Below are positions 50,635 to 63,021 of a DNA stretch of 64,000 bases, in pieces. Numbering within the stretch: the stretch's first letter is position 1; each line of letters opens with the position of its first letter. Under the pieces are notes generated by a model. The model saw nothing but the letters and a program-made list of their open reading frames with translations, ran no database searches and was not told where the DNA came from. Location: assembly GCF_035084215.1 (NCBI RefSeq), contig NW_027139573.1, forward strand, positions 62,001 through 126,000, written 5' to 3'. The translations under genes were made by a program, and so were the position numbers. This DNA is from Heptranchias perlo (Eukaryota).

Positions 50635-52000
50635 TAAGAAGGTCGTGGTTTCAGGCCCCACTCCAGAGATTTCAGCGCATAATCTGGGCTGACACTCCAG
50701 TGCAGGACTGAGGGAGTGCTGCACTGTCGGAGGGGCAGTACTGAGGGAGTGCTGCACTGTCGGAGGGGCAGTACTGAGGGAGCGCTGCACTGTCGGAGGG
50801 GCAGTACTGAGGGAGCGCTGCACTGTCGGAGGGGCAGTACTGAGGGAGCGCTGCACTGTCGGAGGGGCAGTACTGAGGGAGCGCTGCACTGTCGGAGGGG
50901 CAGTACTGAGGGAGTGCTGCACTGTCGGAGGGGCAGTACTGAGGGAGTGCTGCACTGTCGGAGGGGCAGTACTGAGGGAGCGCTGCATTGTCGGAGGGGC
51001 AGTACTGAGGGAGTGATGCATTGTCGGAGGGGCAGTACTGAGGGAGTGATGCATTGTCGGAGAGGCAGTACTGAGGGAGTGATGCACTGTCGGAGGGGCA
51101 GTACTGAGGGAGTGATGCATTGTTGGAGGGGCAGTACTGAGGGAGTGATGCATTGTCGGAGGGGCAGTACTGAGGGAGCGCTGCACTGTCGGAGGGGCAG
51201 TACTGAGGGAGTGCTGCACTGTCGGAGGGGCAGTACTGAGGGAGTGCTGCACTGTCGGAGGAGCAGTACTGAGGGAGTGATGCATTGTCGGAGAGGCAGT
51301 ACTGAAGGAGTGCTGCACTGTCGGAGGGGCAGTAGTGAGGGAGCGCTGCACTGTCAGAGAGGCAGTACTGAGGGAGTGCTGCACTGTCGGAGAGGCAGTA
51401 CTGAGGGAGTGCTGCATTGTCGGAGGGGCAGTACTGAGGGAGTGATGCATTGTCGGAGGGGCAGTACTGAGGGAGTGATGCATTGTCGGAGAGGCAGTAC
51501 TGAGGGAGTGATGCACTGTCGGAGGGGCAGTACTGAGGGAGTGATGCATTGTCGGAGGGGCAGTACTGAGGGAGTGATGCATTGTCGGAGGGGCAGTACT
51601 GAGGGAGTGATGCACTGTCGGAGGGGCAGTACTGAGGGAGTGATGCATTGTTGGAGGGGCAGTACTGAGGGAGTGCTGCACTGTCGGAGGGACAGTACTG
51701 AGGGAGTGCTGCACTGTCGGAGATGCCGTCCTTCAGATGAGACGTTAAATCGAGGCCCCGTCTTCCTGTTCAAATGAACATAAAAAGAACCAATTGCTCC
51801 CATTTCTCCCTCAATCCACACCAATAAAAACAGATGAACAAATCAATCATCTCATTGCCATTTGCTGTGCTGAAAATGGCTGCCATGTTACTCCCAGATA
51901 GTGCCAATGACCAGGTCATCCCAAGTCATTTAATGGGTGTAAAGTGGTTCGGGACATTTCTCCGAGACAGGATAAGGCTCTATATGGATACAAATCCTTT
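50635..52000 (+). mobile_element. Deu-domain SINE with 33-bp minisatellite expansion (~50705-51722, ~31 copies)
   Basis: Same head, unit and core (gccgtccttcagatgagacgttaaatcgaggcccc) as 37384-38670. Confidence 0.8.
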
Positions 52001-52045
52001 CCTCCTGTCAGTCGATAGCTGCACCGGCTCTGTGAGGATACTCAC

Positions 52046-52306
52046 TCGAGGCACCGTGTTGCTGTCGGTAAAATATCTCGGCGTTTCCTCTGACCAGACC
52101 ATGGAACCCCGCCATTGTGATGGCGATGGCGTCCCAGTGATGGTTGTCGAAGGAGTCGGCCATCCACTGCTGTCTGGGCACAGTCCGCTGCAGGGTGCTG
52201 TCGAAATACACTATCTCATAGTCATCGAGCATCGCGACCAAGCTGTACTCGGGCATCTCGGCCCCGCCACGGCTCAGTATGTAGTAAAATGCGAGGATGT
52301 GGAAAT
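52046..52306 (-). CDS. MHC class I-like gene exon 2: alpha1 domain
   Basis: gatcctgcag acceptor, TCGA|gtgagt donor, 261 nt. DFHILAFYY..MPEYSLVAMLDDYEIVYFDS..VPRQQWM..HWD..GNAEIFYRQ; class I alpha1 signature H3, D29-D30, FDS, PR..WM, W60. Confidence 0.93.
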
Positions 52307-52394
52307 CTGCAGGATCACAGACAGAAACCAGTCTCAAAAATGACGTTAATCATAAGTAACTCAAAGTGGAAACGGCTAATGCTGAGCCTGGTTA

Positions 52395-53210
52395 GACCAT
52401 AAGACCATAAGAGATAGCAGCAGGAATAGGCCATTCAGCCCCTCGAGCCTGCTCCGCCATTCAATGAGATCATGGCTGATCTGATTTTTACCTCAACTCC
52501 ACTTTCCCGCCTTTTCCCCATATCGTTTGACTCCCTTGCTGATCAAAAATTTGTCTCACTCAGCCTTGAATGTGTTCAATGACTCCACAGCTTTTTGGGA
52601 TAAAGAATTCCAAAGATTCACAACCCTCTGGGAGAAGAAATTCCTCCTCATTTCCGTCTGAAACGGGCAACCCCTTATTCTGAGACTATGCCCCCTAGTT
52701 TTAGATTCCCCCATGAGGGGTAACGTCCTCTCAGCATCTACCCTATCGAGTCCCCTCAGAATCTTGTATTTTTCTTAAGATCTCCTCTCATTCTTCTAAA
52801 CTCCAATGAGTATAGACCCAACCTGTTCAATCTTTCCTCATAAGACAACCCTTCCATACCCGGAATCAACCTCGTGAACCTTCTCTGAACTGCCTCCAAT
52901 GCAAGTATGTCCTTCCTTAAATAAGGTCACCAGAACTGTACGCAGTGCTCCAGGTGTGGTCTCACCAGCACCCTGTACAGTTGTAGCATGACTTCCCTGC
53001 TTTTATACTCCATCCCCCTGGAAATAAAGGCCAATATTCCGTTTGCCTTCCGGATTACCTGCTGCACCTGTATGTTGACTTTTTGTGTTTCATGTAGGAG
53101 GACACCCGGATCCCTCTGTACCGCAGCATTTTGTATTATTTCTCCATTCAAATAATATTTTGCTTTTTTATTTTTCCTCCCAAAGTGGATGACTTCACAT
53201 TTTCCCATAT
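52395..53210 (-). mobile_element. CR1 LINE 3' fragment
   Basis: KCEVIHFGRKN..LYRVLVRPHLEHCVQFW; (tcttatgg) tail. Confidence 0.9.
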
Positions 53211-53329
53211 TAGGCCACAGTGAGGACGTTGCGTCCGATTTTGGATACCATGTGTTGAAGAGGATGTCAAGCTCACGGAGAAGGTCGGGAAGAGATTTGC
53301 TCGGGCGATCCCAGGGAATCTGGTGGACA

Positions 53330-53975
53330 GCTACAAAAATGGAATGGCGAATGGAACGTTGGCCTTTATCTCGGGGGCTGGAATACAAAGGGGAGGAAGT
53401 TATGTTCCAGCTGTTCAGAGCTCTGGTCAGACCACATCTGGAGATACTGTGTTCAGTTCTGGGAACCGCACCTCAGGAAGGATAGATTGGCCTTGGAGAT
53501 TTAGCAGAATGATACCGGGGCTTAGAGGGTTAAATTATGAGGACAGGTTGCATCGACGAGGCTTGTATTCCCTTGAGTGTGGAAGATTAAGGGGTGATCC
53601 AATTGAGGTGTTTGAGATGATTAAAGGATTTGATAGGGGAGATAGAGAGAAACTATTTCCTCTGGTGGGGGGAGTCCAGAATAAGGGGGCGTAACCTTAA
53701 AATTAGAGCTAGGCCGTTCAGGGGTGATGTCAGGAAACTCTTCCACACACAAAGGGGAGTGGAAATCTGGAACTCTCTCCCCCAAAAAGCTGTTGAGGCT
53801 GGGGGTCAATTGAAAATTTCAAAACTGAGATTGATGGATTTCTGTCAGGTAAGGGTATTAAGGGATACGGAATCAAGGCTGGTAGATGGAGTTAAGATAT
53901 GCATCAAGCCATGATGTAATTGAATGGCAGAACAGGCTCGAGGGGCTGAATGGCCTCCTCCTATACCGAGGTTCC
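53330..53975 (+). mobile_element. CR1 LINE 3' fragment
   Basis: RGLEYK.EEVMFQLFRALVRPHLE, RLRGDPIEVF, WNSLPQ. Confidence 0.88.
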
Positions 53976-54029
53976 GATGAGAGGCTTCAGTTATGAGAAC
54001 AGACTGGGATTCTTTTCACTGGTACAGAG

Positions 54030-54690
54030 ATAAGAACATAAGAAACAGGAACAGGAGTAGGCCATCCGGCCCCTCGAGCCTGCTCCACCATTCAACAAGA
54101 TCATGGCTGATCTCCTACCTCAACGCCATTTTCCTGCACTATCCCCATATCCCTTGATGCCTTTAATATCTGGAAATCTATCGATCTCTGTTTTGAATGT
54201 ACTCAATGACTGAGCCTCCACAGCCCTCTGGGGTAGAGAATTCCAAAGATTCACCACCCTCTGAGTGAAGAAATTTCTCCTCATCTCAGTCCTAAATGAC
54301 CTACCCCTTATTCTGAGACTGTGACCCCTGGTCCTAGACGCCCCAGCCAAGGGAAACATCCTCCCTGCGTCTGCCCTGTCGAGCCCTGTAAGAATTTTGT
54401 ATGTTTCAATGAGATCACCTCTCATTCTTCCAAACTCTAGAGAATACAGGCCCAGTCTACTCAATCCCTCCTCATACGACAATCCCGCCATCCCAGGAAT
54501 CAGTCTGGTGAACCTTTGTTGCACTCCCTCTATGACAAGTATATCCTTTCTTGGAGACCAAAACTGCACACAATACTCCAGGTGTGGTCTCACCAAGGCC
54601 CTATATAATTGCAGTAAGACATCTTTACTCCTGCACTCAAATCCTCTTGTAATAAAGGCCGACATACCATTTGCCTTCCTAATTGCTAAT
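54030..54690 (-). mobile_element. CR1 LINE 3' fragment
   Basis: ORF 54120-54665: LYRALVRPHLEYCVQFWSP..FFTQRVVNLWNSLPQ. Confidence 0.9.
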
Positions 54691-56244
54691 GGTCAAGGGG
54701 ATCTGATGGAGGGGTCCAAACTATCAGGGGTTTGGTAAAATAAAGAGAATAAACACTTTCCGTTGGTCAGTAAGTCGGAAACTAGAGGGCATAAATTTAA
54801 GATCAAGAGCAAAGGGAGAGATTAGGGGGAATTTTGTTAATGGAGAGGGATGTTCGGAGACGGAGGCTGGGATTTCCTGCTTCAGTGCTCCAAGCGGACA
54901 CCACTAGCCCACGTTGGAAAATTCCTCAGCCGTGATTCTCCCACCATTCATTTTACTGGCTAGAAGTTCAGAGCTTTGTGAAGTGGCAGCTTCCGTTTGG
55001 AGCTCCCAGGAGTTCTGGAGCAGGAAAGCATTGGTCAGACTGCCCGACCAGAGGGCAGAACAGGTCCCACAATAGCTGCTCAAAGGAAAGTGGATAAATA
55101 TTTTTTTAAATTTTTCTTTTTAAAAGAGTCTGGGCAAAGGTCAGGAGAAAGTGGGTAGTGCTTTCAGAGAGCCAGCATAGCATGATGGGCCAAATGGCCT
55201 TCTTCTGTGCTGTACAATGTTATGTTCCTACGATTCCTACTGTTAACAAGATGGCTCCTGGGCTGGCTGCTCCCTCGGGAGCTCCTTTGCTGGACAATCC
55301 TATCCTTGGTCATCCGTTGCCATCCTTTGCCCTTTCTCCCCCAATCTCCTCTCTTCCACTGTTTAAGTTCCCTGGCTCTAATAGTGGGTGCATTTTACCC
55401 CTACCCACAAGTTCAAGCTGCAAGTTTAAACTTACCTGGGCCCACTGCCCATTCCCCGACCGGGCCTGCTCTTTGTTTACATCAGTGAAAACTGGATCTT
55501 TGCTCAAATTTGGCTTCTAAATTCCTCGACTTCTCAACACTACGCTACTCCACTGGAAGACTCAGCTGCTTAAGAGTTAAGGTAACTTTGTCCAGCCCAC
55601 AGCCCATCCCCCAGCTATTACCTGCTGAGTTTATGACTGTACTACTGGTTTTTCAGCTTTATTTTTCTACAGTCTGGTTCCTGGCCAGAAATTCACTCCC
55701 CTGGGCCGAAGTCCATTCCTCCGCTGCTTCTGGATCTTACAGTGACCTCCAACTTCACCATTGTTCTTCTGCTCTGCGATCGATTCTCCAAACCTCCTGG
55801 CTCTTCATCCCCACGGAAATCCCCCCCAGCAGTGCGTCCTCCGATAATCTACCCTTCAAATAGCTTCTGGACTCACTCACCCTCCACACCCTGTCACCGA
55901 ACCTGGACATCAGTTGGTTGATGCTCCAAGCTGACTCCACCCTATCTACATCAACTTTATCCCACCACAGGACCTCTGACTTTAACTGTGGACTCCCTCC
56001 TATTGTCTCCTCTCTGTTCCCCGTTTAGTAACAGGTCACATGGTGCGCCCTATTTATACCCTGCCCGATTTTACGCTCCATTGAAGCTGAACCAAATCCA
56101 TCCCATTCCCTCTGGACAGGTTAGGTTAAAATCGAGGCTTTAGCATGAGGAAGATATCATCCTGACGTCTGTCCCAAGTCGCCTTTTACTAGTTTGAACC
56201 TAAGTCGTACTCCCACAATTTAGTGTGAAGTATTGTAAAAAAAA

Positions 56245-59200
56245 AACGGATGAGGTCCTGCAAGCAGAATATCGGGAGATAGGAAATAAATTAAAAAGCA
56301 GGACCTCTAAAGTAGTAATCTCAGGATTACTCCCAGTGCCACATGCCAGCGAGAGCAGAAAATAGGAGAATAGACCAGATGAATGCGTGGCTTGAGAGAT
56401 GGTGTCGGAGGGAGGGGTTTAAATTCCTGAGGCATTGAGACCGATTCTGGGAAAGGCGGGACCTGTACAAGATGAAAGGATTGCACCCAAGCAGAACCAG
56501 GACCAGTATCCTCGTGGGGACATTTGCTCGTTGTGTTGGGGAGGGTTTAAACTAGTATGGTGGGGGATGGGAACCAAAGGGCAGGTACAGATAGGACAAA
56601 TTCAGACCAGGAAACGCAAAGTAGAAAAGCAGTTAGTGACGTAGTTAGCGACTCAGAAATGCAAAAAAGCAAAGGTTAAATAGTGTTCAGCGCAGGAATT
56701 TGACGGGGTTAAAGGGTATATACTTCAATGTAAGGGCACAGATAGACACGTGGCAGCATGATATCATTGCTATAATGGAAACCTGGCTTAAAGAGGGGGA
56801 TAACTGGCAGCTCAATATCCCTGGATATAGAGTGTTCAAGCAGGATAGAGTGGGTGATATAAAAGGAGGGGGGTAGCATTATTGGTTAAATAATCAATTA
56901 GAGTTGTGAGAAGGGATGATGTGCTAAATGGATCATCAATCGAGGCCGTATGGGTTGAGCTAAGGAATAAAAAAGGGGCAGTCACACTACTAGGAGTGTA
57001 CTCTAGACCCCCGAATAGCGAAAGGGAGATAGAAGAACAAATATGTAGGCAAATTTCTGAGTGCAAAAATAAGAGGGCAATAATAGTAGGGGACTTCAAC
57101 CACCCTAACATCAACTGGGATTCAAACAGTGTGAGGGGCACAGAGGGCGCAAAATTCTTGATTGGTGTCCAGGAGAACTTTTTTAGCCAGTACGTGATAA
57201 GCCCAACAAGAGGGGATGCAATTTTAGATTTAGTCCTGGGAAATGAAGATGGGCAAGTGGGTGAAGTGACAGTGGGTGACCATAATGGGGATAGTGACCA
57301 CAATTCAGTTAGTTTTAGCATTATTATGGAAAAGGACAGTGTTAAATCAGGAGTAAATGTTTTAAATTGGGGGAAGGCAAATTTTACAGAACTTAGAGGT
57401 GATTTGGCAGAAGTGGACTGGACACAACTCCTTGAGGAGAAATCAGTGGCAAGCCAGTGGGAGGCACTAAAAAGTGAAATTCTACGGGTACAATGCAGAC
57501 ACGTCCCCTCAAAGAAAAAGGGTGGCACTGCCAAATTTAGAGCCCCCTGGTTGTCTAGAAGTATACGGGGCAAGATAAAGCAGAAAAAGAAAGCTTATGA
57601 CTGTCACAGAAAACTAAATACTGCTGAAAGCCTGGAGGAGTATAGAAAGTACAGGGATGACGTAAAAAAGGAAATAAGGAAAGCAAAGAGCAGGCATGAA
57701 GAAATATTAACGAGTAAGATTAAAGAAAACCCAAAGATGTTTTATCAGTACATTAAGAACAAGAGGATAGCTGAGGAAAAGGTGGGACCTATCAGGGATG
57801 ATAAGGGTAACTTGTGTGTAGAAGCAGAGAATGTGGGTAGGGTTTTAAATGAATATTTTGTCTTCGTATTCATAAGGGAAAGGGATGATCTGGACGTAGT
57901 CGTTAAAGAGGAGAGGTGTGAAATATTGGATAAAATAAACATAACGAGAGAGGAAGTACTAGAGGGACTGGAATCCTTGAAATTTGATAAGTCACCAGAA
58001 CCGGATGGATTGTTTCCCAGGCTATTGAAGGAAGCCAGGGAGGAAATAGCGGATGCTCTGAGGATCATTTTCCAATCCTCACTAGATACAGGGGAGGTAC
58101 CGGAGGACTGGAAGACAGCAAACGTAGTACCGTTGTTTAAAAAGGGTACGAGGGAAAGGCCGAACAATTATAGGCTCGGTGGTGGGCAAACTATTAGAAT
58201 CAATACTGAGAGATAGGATAAACTGTCACTTGGAAAGGCATGGTTTAATCAGGGATAGTCAGCATGGATTTGTTCAGGGAAGGTCATGCCTTACAAATCT
58301 GATTAAACTCTTTGAGGAAGTGACAAGGAGGATTGATGAGAGTGATGTCTACATGGATTTTAGTAAGGCATTTGACAAGGTCCCACATGGCAGACTGGTC
58401 AGAAAGGTAAAAGCCCATGGGATACAGGGAAATGTGGTGAATTGGATCCAAAATTGGCTCAGTAACAGGAAACAAATGGTAAAAGTCGATGGATGTCTTT
58501 GAGAATGGAAATCCGTTTCCAGTGGTGTGCCACAAGGCTCAGTGTTGGGTCCCTTGCTGTTTGTGGTATATATTAATGATTTGGACTTGAATGTCGGGGG
58601 CATGATTGGCAAATTTATAGACGACAAAAATTGGCCATGCAGTTGATAGTGAAGAGGATAGCTGTAGACTCCAAGAAGATATCAATGGGTTGGTGGAGTG
58701 GGCGGAAAAGTGGCAAATGGAGTTCAACCTGGAGAAGTGTGAGGTAATGCACTTAGGGAGGGCAAACAGTAAAAGGGAATACGCAGTAAACGGGAATATA
58801 TTGAGAGAGGGAGAGGAAGTGAGAGACCTTGGAGTGCATGTGCACAGGTCCCTGAAGGTGGCAGTACAGGTAGATAAGGTTGTGAAGAAGGCATACGGAA
58901 TGCCCACCGTTATTAGCAGAGGCATAGAATAATAAATCAGGGATGTAATGATGGAACTGTATAAAATGCTGGTAAGGCCACAGCTGGAGTATTGTGCGCA
59001 GTTCTGGTCACCACATTACAGGAAGGACGTAATTGCTCTGGAGAGAGTGCAGAGAAGATTTACAAGAATGTTGCCAGGGCTTGAAAATTGCAGCTCGGAG
59101 GAGAGATTGGATAGGCTGGGGTTGTTTTCCTTGGAGCAGAGGAGGCTGAGGGGAGACTTGATTGAGGTGTACAAAATTATGAGGGGCCCAGATAGAGTAG

Positions 59201-59537
59201 ACAGGAAATACCTGTTTCCCCTAGCGGAGAGTTCAAGAACTAGAGGACATAGCTTTAAGCTGATTGGCGGAAGGATTAGAGGGGACATGAGGAAAAACAC
59301 TTTTACCCAGAGGGTGGTGGGTGTATGGAATTCGCTGCCCGAATTGGTGGTAGAGGCAGGGACCGGCAACTCTTTTAAAAAGTACCTGGACCTGCATCTA
59401 AAGTGCTGTAAGCTGCAGGGCTACGGACCGGGTGCTGGAAGGTGGGATTAGAATGGGCACCTGGTTGTTCTTCGAGCCGGCACGGACACGATGGGCCGAA
59501 TGGCCCCTTCTGTGCTGTATCTTTTGTATGGTTCCAT
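56245..59537 (+). mobile_element. Near-full-length CR1 LINE: ORF1 C-terminus (SGNH esterase-like) plus disabled ORF2
   Basis: ORF1 EVLQAEYREIGNKLKSRTSKVVISGLLPVP..NAWLERWCRREGFKF..GLH; ORF2 endonuclease (IVGDFNHPNINW, SDHN), RT (QHGF, DFSKAFDKVPH, GVPQGSVLGP) and 3' tail. Confidence 0.94.
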
Positions 59538-59732
59538 GCCGTTAAAACCGGAAGGGGTCGGTTTGAAGGCGGGTTTTAGATTTTTACAATTTTTACCTTC
59601 CCACCTGCACCCAAACCCACCCGTTCATGGGGTTAAAATCGACCCCTTAGAGTTCACCTTGGCCTTGACGTGCTCAGAGACTACAATAAACAGGCAGTGT
59701 TTGCCCAGAAATAAACGTCAGTCATGGACACG

Positions 59733-60684
59733 GATTAAACAGGAGAGAAGCTGCTGTAACAGTAACTTAATCTCTTGCACTTTTCAACACCACTCGAGTC
59801 TGAAGCTACTTATTGGTGCTTGTGTGCAGCAGGTCTGATAACCAGATCCAGTTAGAATGGAGGGACTTGTTCTGGTCACTGGGTCCCAGGGAGTGGAGTC
59901 TGAGCCTGCATCTTACAGCAGGGGTTCACACTGAGGCCCAGCCCAGTATTAACACCGAACCATCGCATCTGGTTACACCCCCTGTATTTCAATGGTCTAT
60001 TCCAGACTCCCACTTTCACCCCTCCCATTCTCTTCCCAATGCACCGACTCTCACTGGCAATGGGACCACAAAGAAAAGAGAGACTCACATTCCTATTGTG
60101 ATTTCACCACCTCAGGACCTCCCAAAGAGTTTTACAGACAGTGAAGTATTAGTGAAGTGTAGTCACTGTTTTAATGTAGGAAACACGGCAGCCAATTTGC
60201 GCACAGCAAGATCCCACCAATAGCAACGAGTTAATGGCCAGATAATCTCACTACTCGCTCTCCCTCCCCGTCCCCTCCTCCTCCTCTCCCGCCCACCATC
60301 CCTCTCTCCCTGTCCCACCCTCTCCCTCTCACTCCCCTCTCACTCTCCCTCCCCCTCCTCATCTCCCTTCTTGTCCTCTTCCACTCCCCATCTCCTTTCC
60401 CTTCCTCTCCCTCTCTTCATCCAATTCCCCCCTCCCTCCTCATATCCCCTCCTTCCCCCTCTCCCTGCACAATTCCACCCAATCCTCCACCTCTCTTTCT
60501 CCTTCTCCATCCCCGTCCCCTCTCCCTCCCCGTCCCCTCTCCCTCCCCATCCCTTTCCCTCCCATCTCCCTAACCCTCACTATCTCCCACTCCCATCTCC
60601 TCCCCCCCCTCTCTCCGAGTCCCTAACCCTCTCCATCTACCTCCCACTATCCCTCTCCCCCTTCCCCTTTCCCCCTCCCCCTCA
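59733..60684. repeat. Direct duplicate of 63045-64000 (region upstream of the MHC leader exon)
   Basis: Near-identical for ~520 nt (ORFs at 59813 and 63125 start identically, offset 3312), then a diverged C/T tract with the same ending. Confidence 0.92.
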
Positions 60685-61299
60685 GTTTGAGCATGACGTC
60701 CACTGACTGGATTTGTTGACATCGTTCAATGTTCTGTTATCCTCATAGATTGCTGTTCTGAGGAGCCTCATGTTAAGCGCGACTCGAAGACGGTGCATTG
60801 AAAATTAACATAAAAATCTGTCTGTGAATTTGTTTCGATGCCAATTTATTCTAATTCACCCAGATCAACATCACTGTGAGTATTTTTTCCTCGAGCACCA
60901 GTTGATTATTGAAGAGTCAGCAGCTCATTCTCCCCACAATCGGACACACAGAGTTCACTTTGGCCTTGACCCGCTCAGAGACTATAATAAACGGGCAGTG
61001 TTTGCTCAGAAATAAAAGTCAGTCGTGGGCCTGAGCAACACATCGGACATCGGACAGTCCAAAGTCCATTGTGTTGCTGTGAGGTGAAGGTGGGAACGGG
61101 GGGACAGGCTTCGAATCTGCTTCGATTTCAGTGTCACCCTGCTGAAGCAGCACAAGAAGGTTCGGAAAGAACAAAAGATCTTTTTATAGATCACCTTTCA
61201 CAACCTCAGGATGTCCCAAAGCGCTTCACAGAAAGTGAAGTAATGTGAAAGTGTCATCACTGTTGTAATGTGGGAAACGCCATTCATTATGAGAAGTAC

Positions 61300-61760
61300 T
61301 TTCATACCGGGGGCTGAAAGGGTTAAATTATGAGGACAGGTTGCACAGACGAGGCTTGTATTCCCTTGAGTGCAGAAGATTAACGGGTGCTGTAATTAAG
61401 ATCATTGAAGGATTTGATAGGGTAGATAGAGAGAAACTATTTCCTCTGGTGGGAGAGTCCAGAACAAGGGGGCGTCACCTTAAAATTAGAGCCAGGCCGT
61501 TCAGGGGTGATGTCAGGAAGCTTTTCTTCACACAAAGGGGAGTGGAAATCTGGAACTCTCTCCCCCAAAATGCTGTTGAGGCTGGGGGTCAATTGAAAAT
61601 TTCACAACTGAGATTGATCGATTTTTGTTCGGCAAGGTTATTATGGGATATGGCACCAATGCGGGTGGGTGGAGATAAGAAACAGGTCGGCCATGATCTA
61701 ATTGAATGGCGGAACAGGCTTGAGGGGCTGAATGGCCTCCTCCTGTTCCCATGTTCCGAT
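61300..61760 (+). mobile_element. CR1 LINE 3' fragment
   Basis: FFTQRGVEIWNSLPQ; closely similar to 53510-53975. Confidence 0.88.
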
Positions 61761-62969
61761 GAGATGCTTTGACTGTGTGCAGCAGCTTACATTACTACAG
61801 CAGCCCTCGTGAACAGGGAGACGCCTCAGAGCACAGAGCAGGAGGGAGGAGCCCAAAGAGAGGATTTAAGAGGAGCCAGAATCACACTCAGAAGTTGATT
61901 CCGGAACAGTGGAGAGGCCGGGAAGGGACAAGGCAGGAATCCTGAGGGAGATTGCTGGAGAGGGCAGGGACAGGAGAGACTGAAGGATCGGCTCCCAGTG
62001 GTGGAACAGAGGCAGTGGAGAAGGAGGGGTTAGGCCGGTGTGGGAGGAGCGGAGGGGGCATGTGGGGGCATGAGATTGTGGGGAGATTGCGGAGGTGGGA
62101 AGGGAGGAGGACAGAGAAGGCTTTAAAGGTGAAGAAATGAACCTTCGAGTCAATTCTGTGGAGTTGGAGGAGCCGATGGGGTTTTGGCACGAACAAGGGA
62201 TGGGGGTGAGAGGGAGGAGGCAGAACACATCGATCAGAACACAATCTCTGAAAGGTTCACACGTGTCTGTGGTCCAGTAATATTGAGGTCGATTTTCACC
62301 TTTACCACCTGGGTGTTCAGCATCAACTGGGCGGGGCAGAGAGAGAGCAAAATCTGGAGAGGAGGATCACACGGCAGGAACAGAACCTGGAGCATTTTCC
62401 ATCTATTGAAATCCCCCCCCGCCCGGCCAGATTTCCGTTCTGAACTCAGCCCAGGTGATGCCTAATGTCTCGGAGCTAAAACCACAATCGAGCCCGTTAT
62501 GTGAAAGGAGATAATGGAATCCTCCTTCAAACACCATCCGAGGGAAAGGGTTTTCCTTCCCTCCCCTTCCATTCCCTTTCCCTTCCTTTCCGATTCCTTC
62601 CCTTCCCTTTCCCTTCCTTTTCTTTCCTGTCCCTTCCCATTCCCTCCATCCCCTTCCCTTCCACTGCTTCCGAGGTACAGCTCTAATACCTCACCCCCCA
62701 AAATGGCTGTTATTTGTCTGTGAGCCTTGACAATAATTGAAGAAAAGTGCCTCGATCAAACACTTTGCAAACAGATCAGTGACACAACCTCTCCCAGTGA
62801 CCCCTCCCCAGAACAGGGATCATCCTTAACCTGAATCGCTCACACACCCAAGGCAATGAGATAGTCCAAACCCAGGGGCCGCTCGAGAGCATCTTGTGAT
62901 GGAAGATGGGTTCAATCTCGGTGTCCCCTCAAATACTGTCCACAGATAGAAGCTGTTTGATTTGCTTAC

Positions 62970-63021
62970 CAGAGGAGACGTTGGGCACACAGTAAACGTT
63001 CAGTAAAGTAACAAGCAGCAT
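62970..63021 (-). CDS. MHC class I-like gene exon 1: signal peptide
   Basis: acaacATG context; MLLVTLLNVYCVPNVSS + G|gtaagc. 52 nt, phase 1, joins alpha1 as GAT (Asp). The five exons total 1053 nt = 350 aa + stop. Confidence 0.8.

Noticed and set aside
49772-51824. Mucin-like or Cys-rich ORFs (STAPPTVQHSL, QCCPSLSAAPP repeats)
   Set aside because: Translations of SINE-internal minisatellites, open on both strands, with no splice support
55431-55507. Alternative leader exon with a CAG|gtaag donor on the minus strand
   Set aside because: The upstream frame is hydrophilic with no signal peptide; 63021-62970 fits far better
56245-59537. Active autonomous CR1
   Set aside because: Multiple stops and frameshifts, a degenerate catalytic motif and a 5' truncation
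59813-60223. Duplicated ORF pair (59813 and 63125) as a small gene family
   Set aside because: Non-ATG starts, no recognisable domain, runs into a SINE fragment; explained by the segmental duplication
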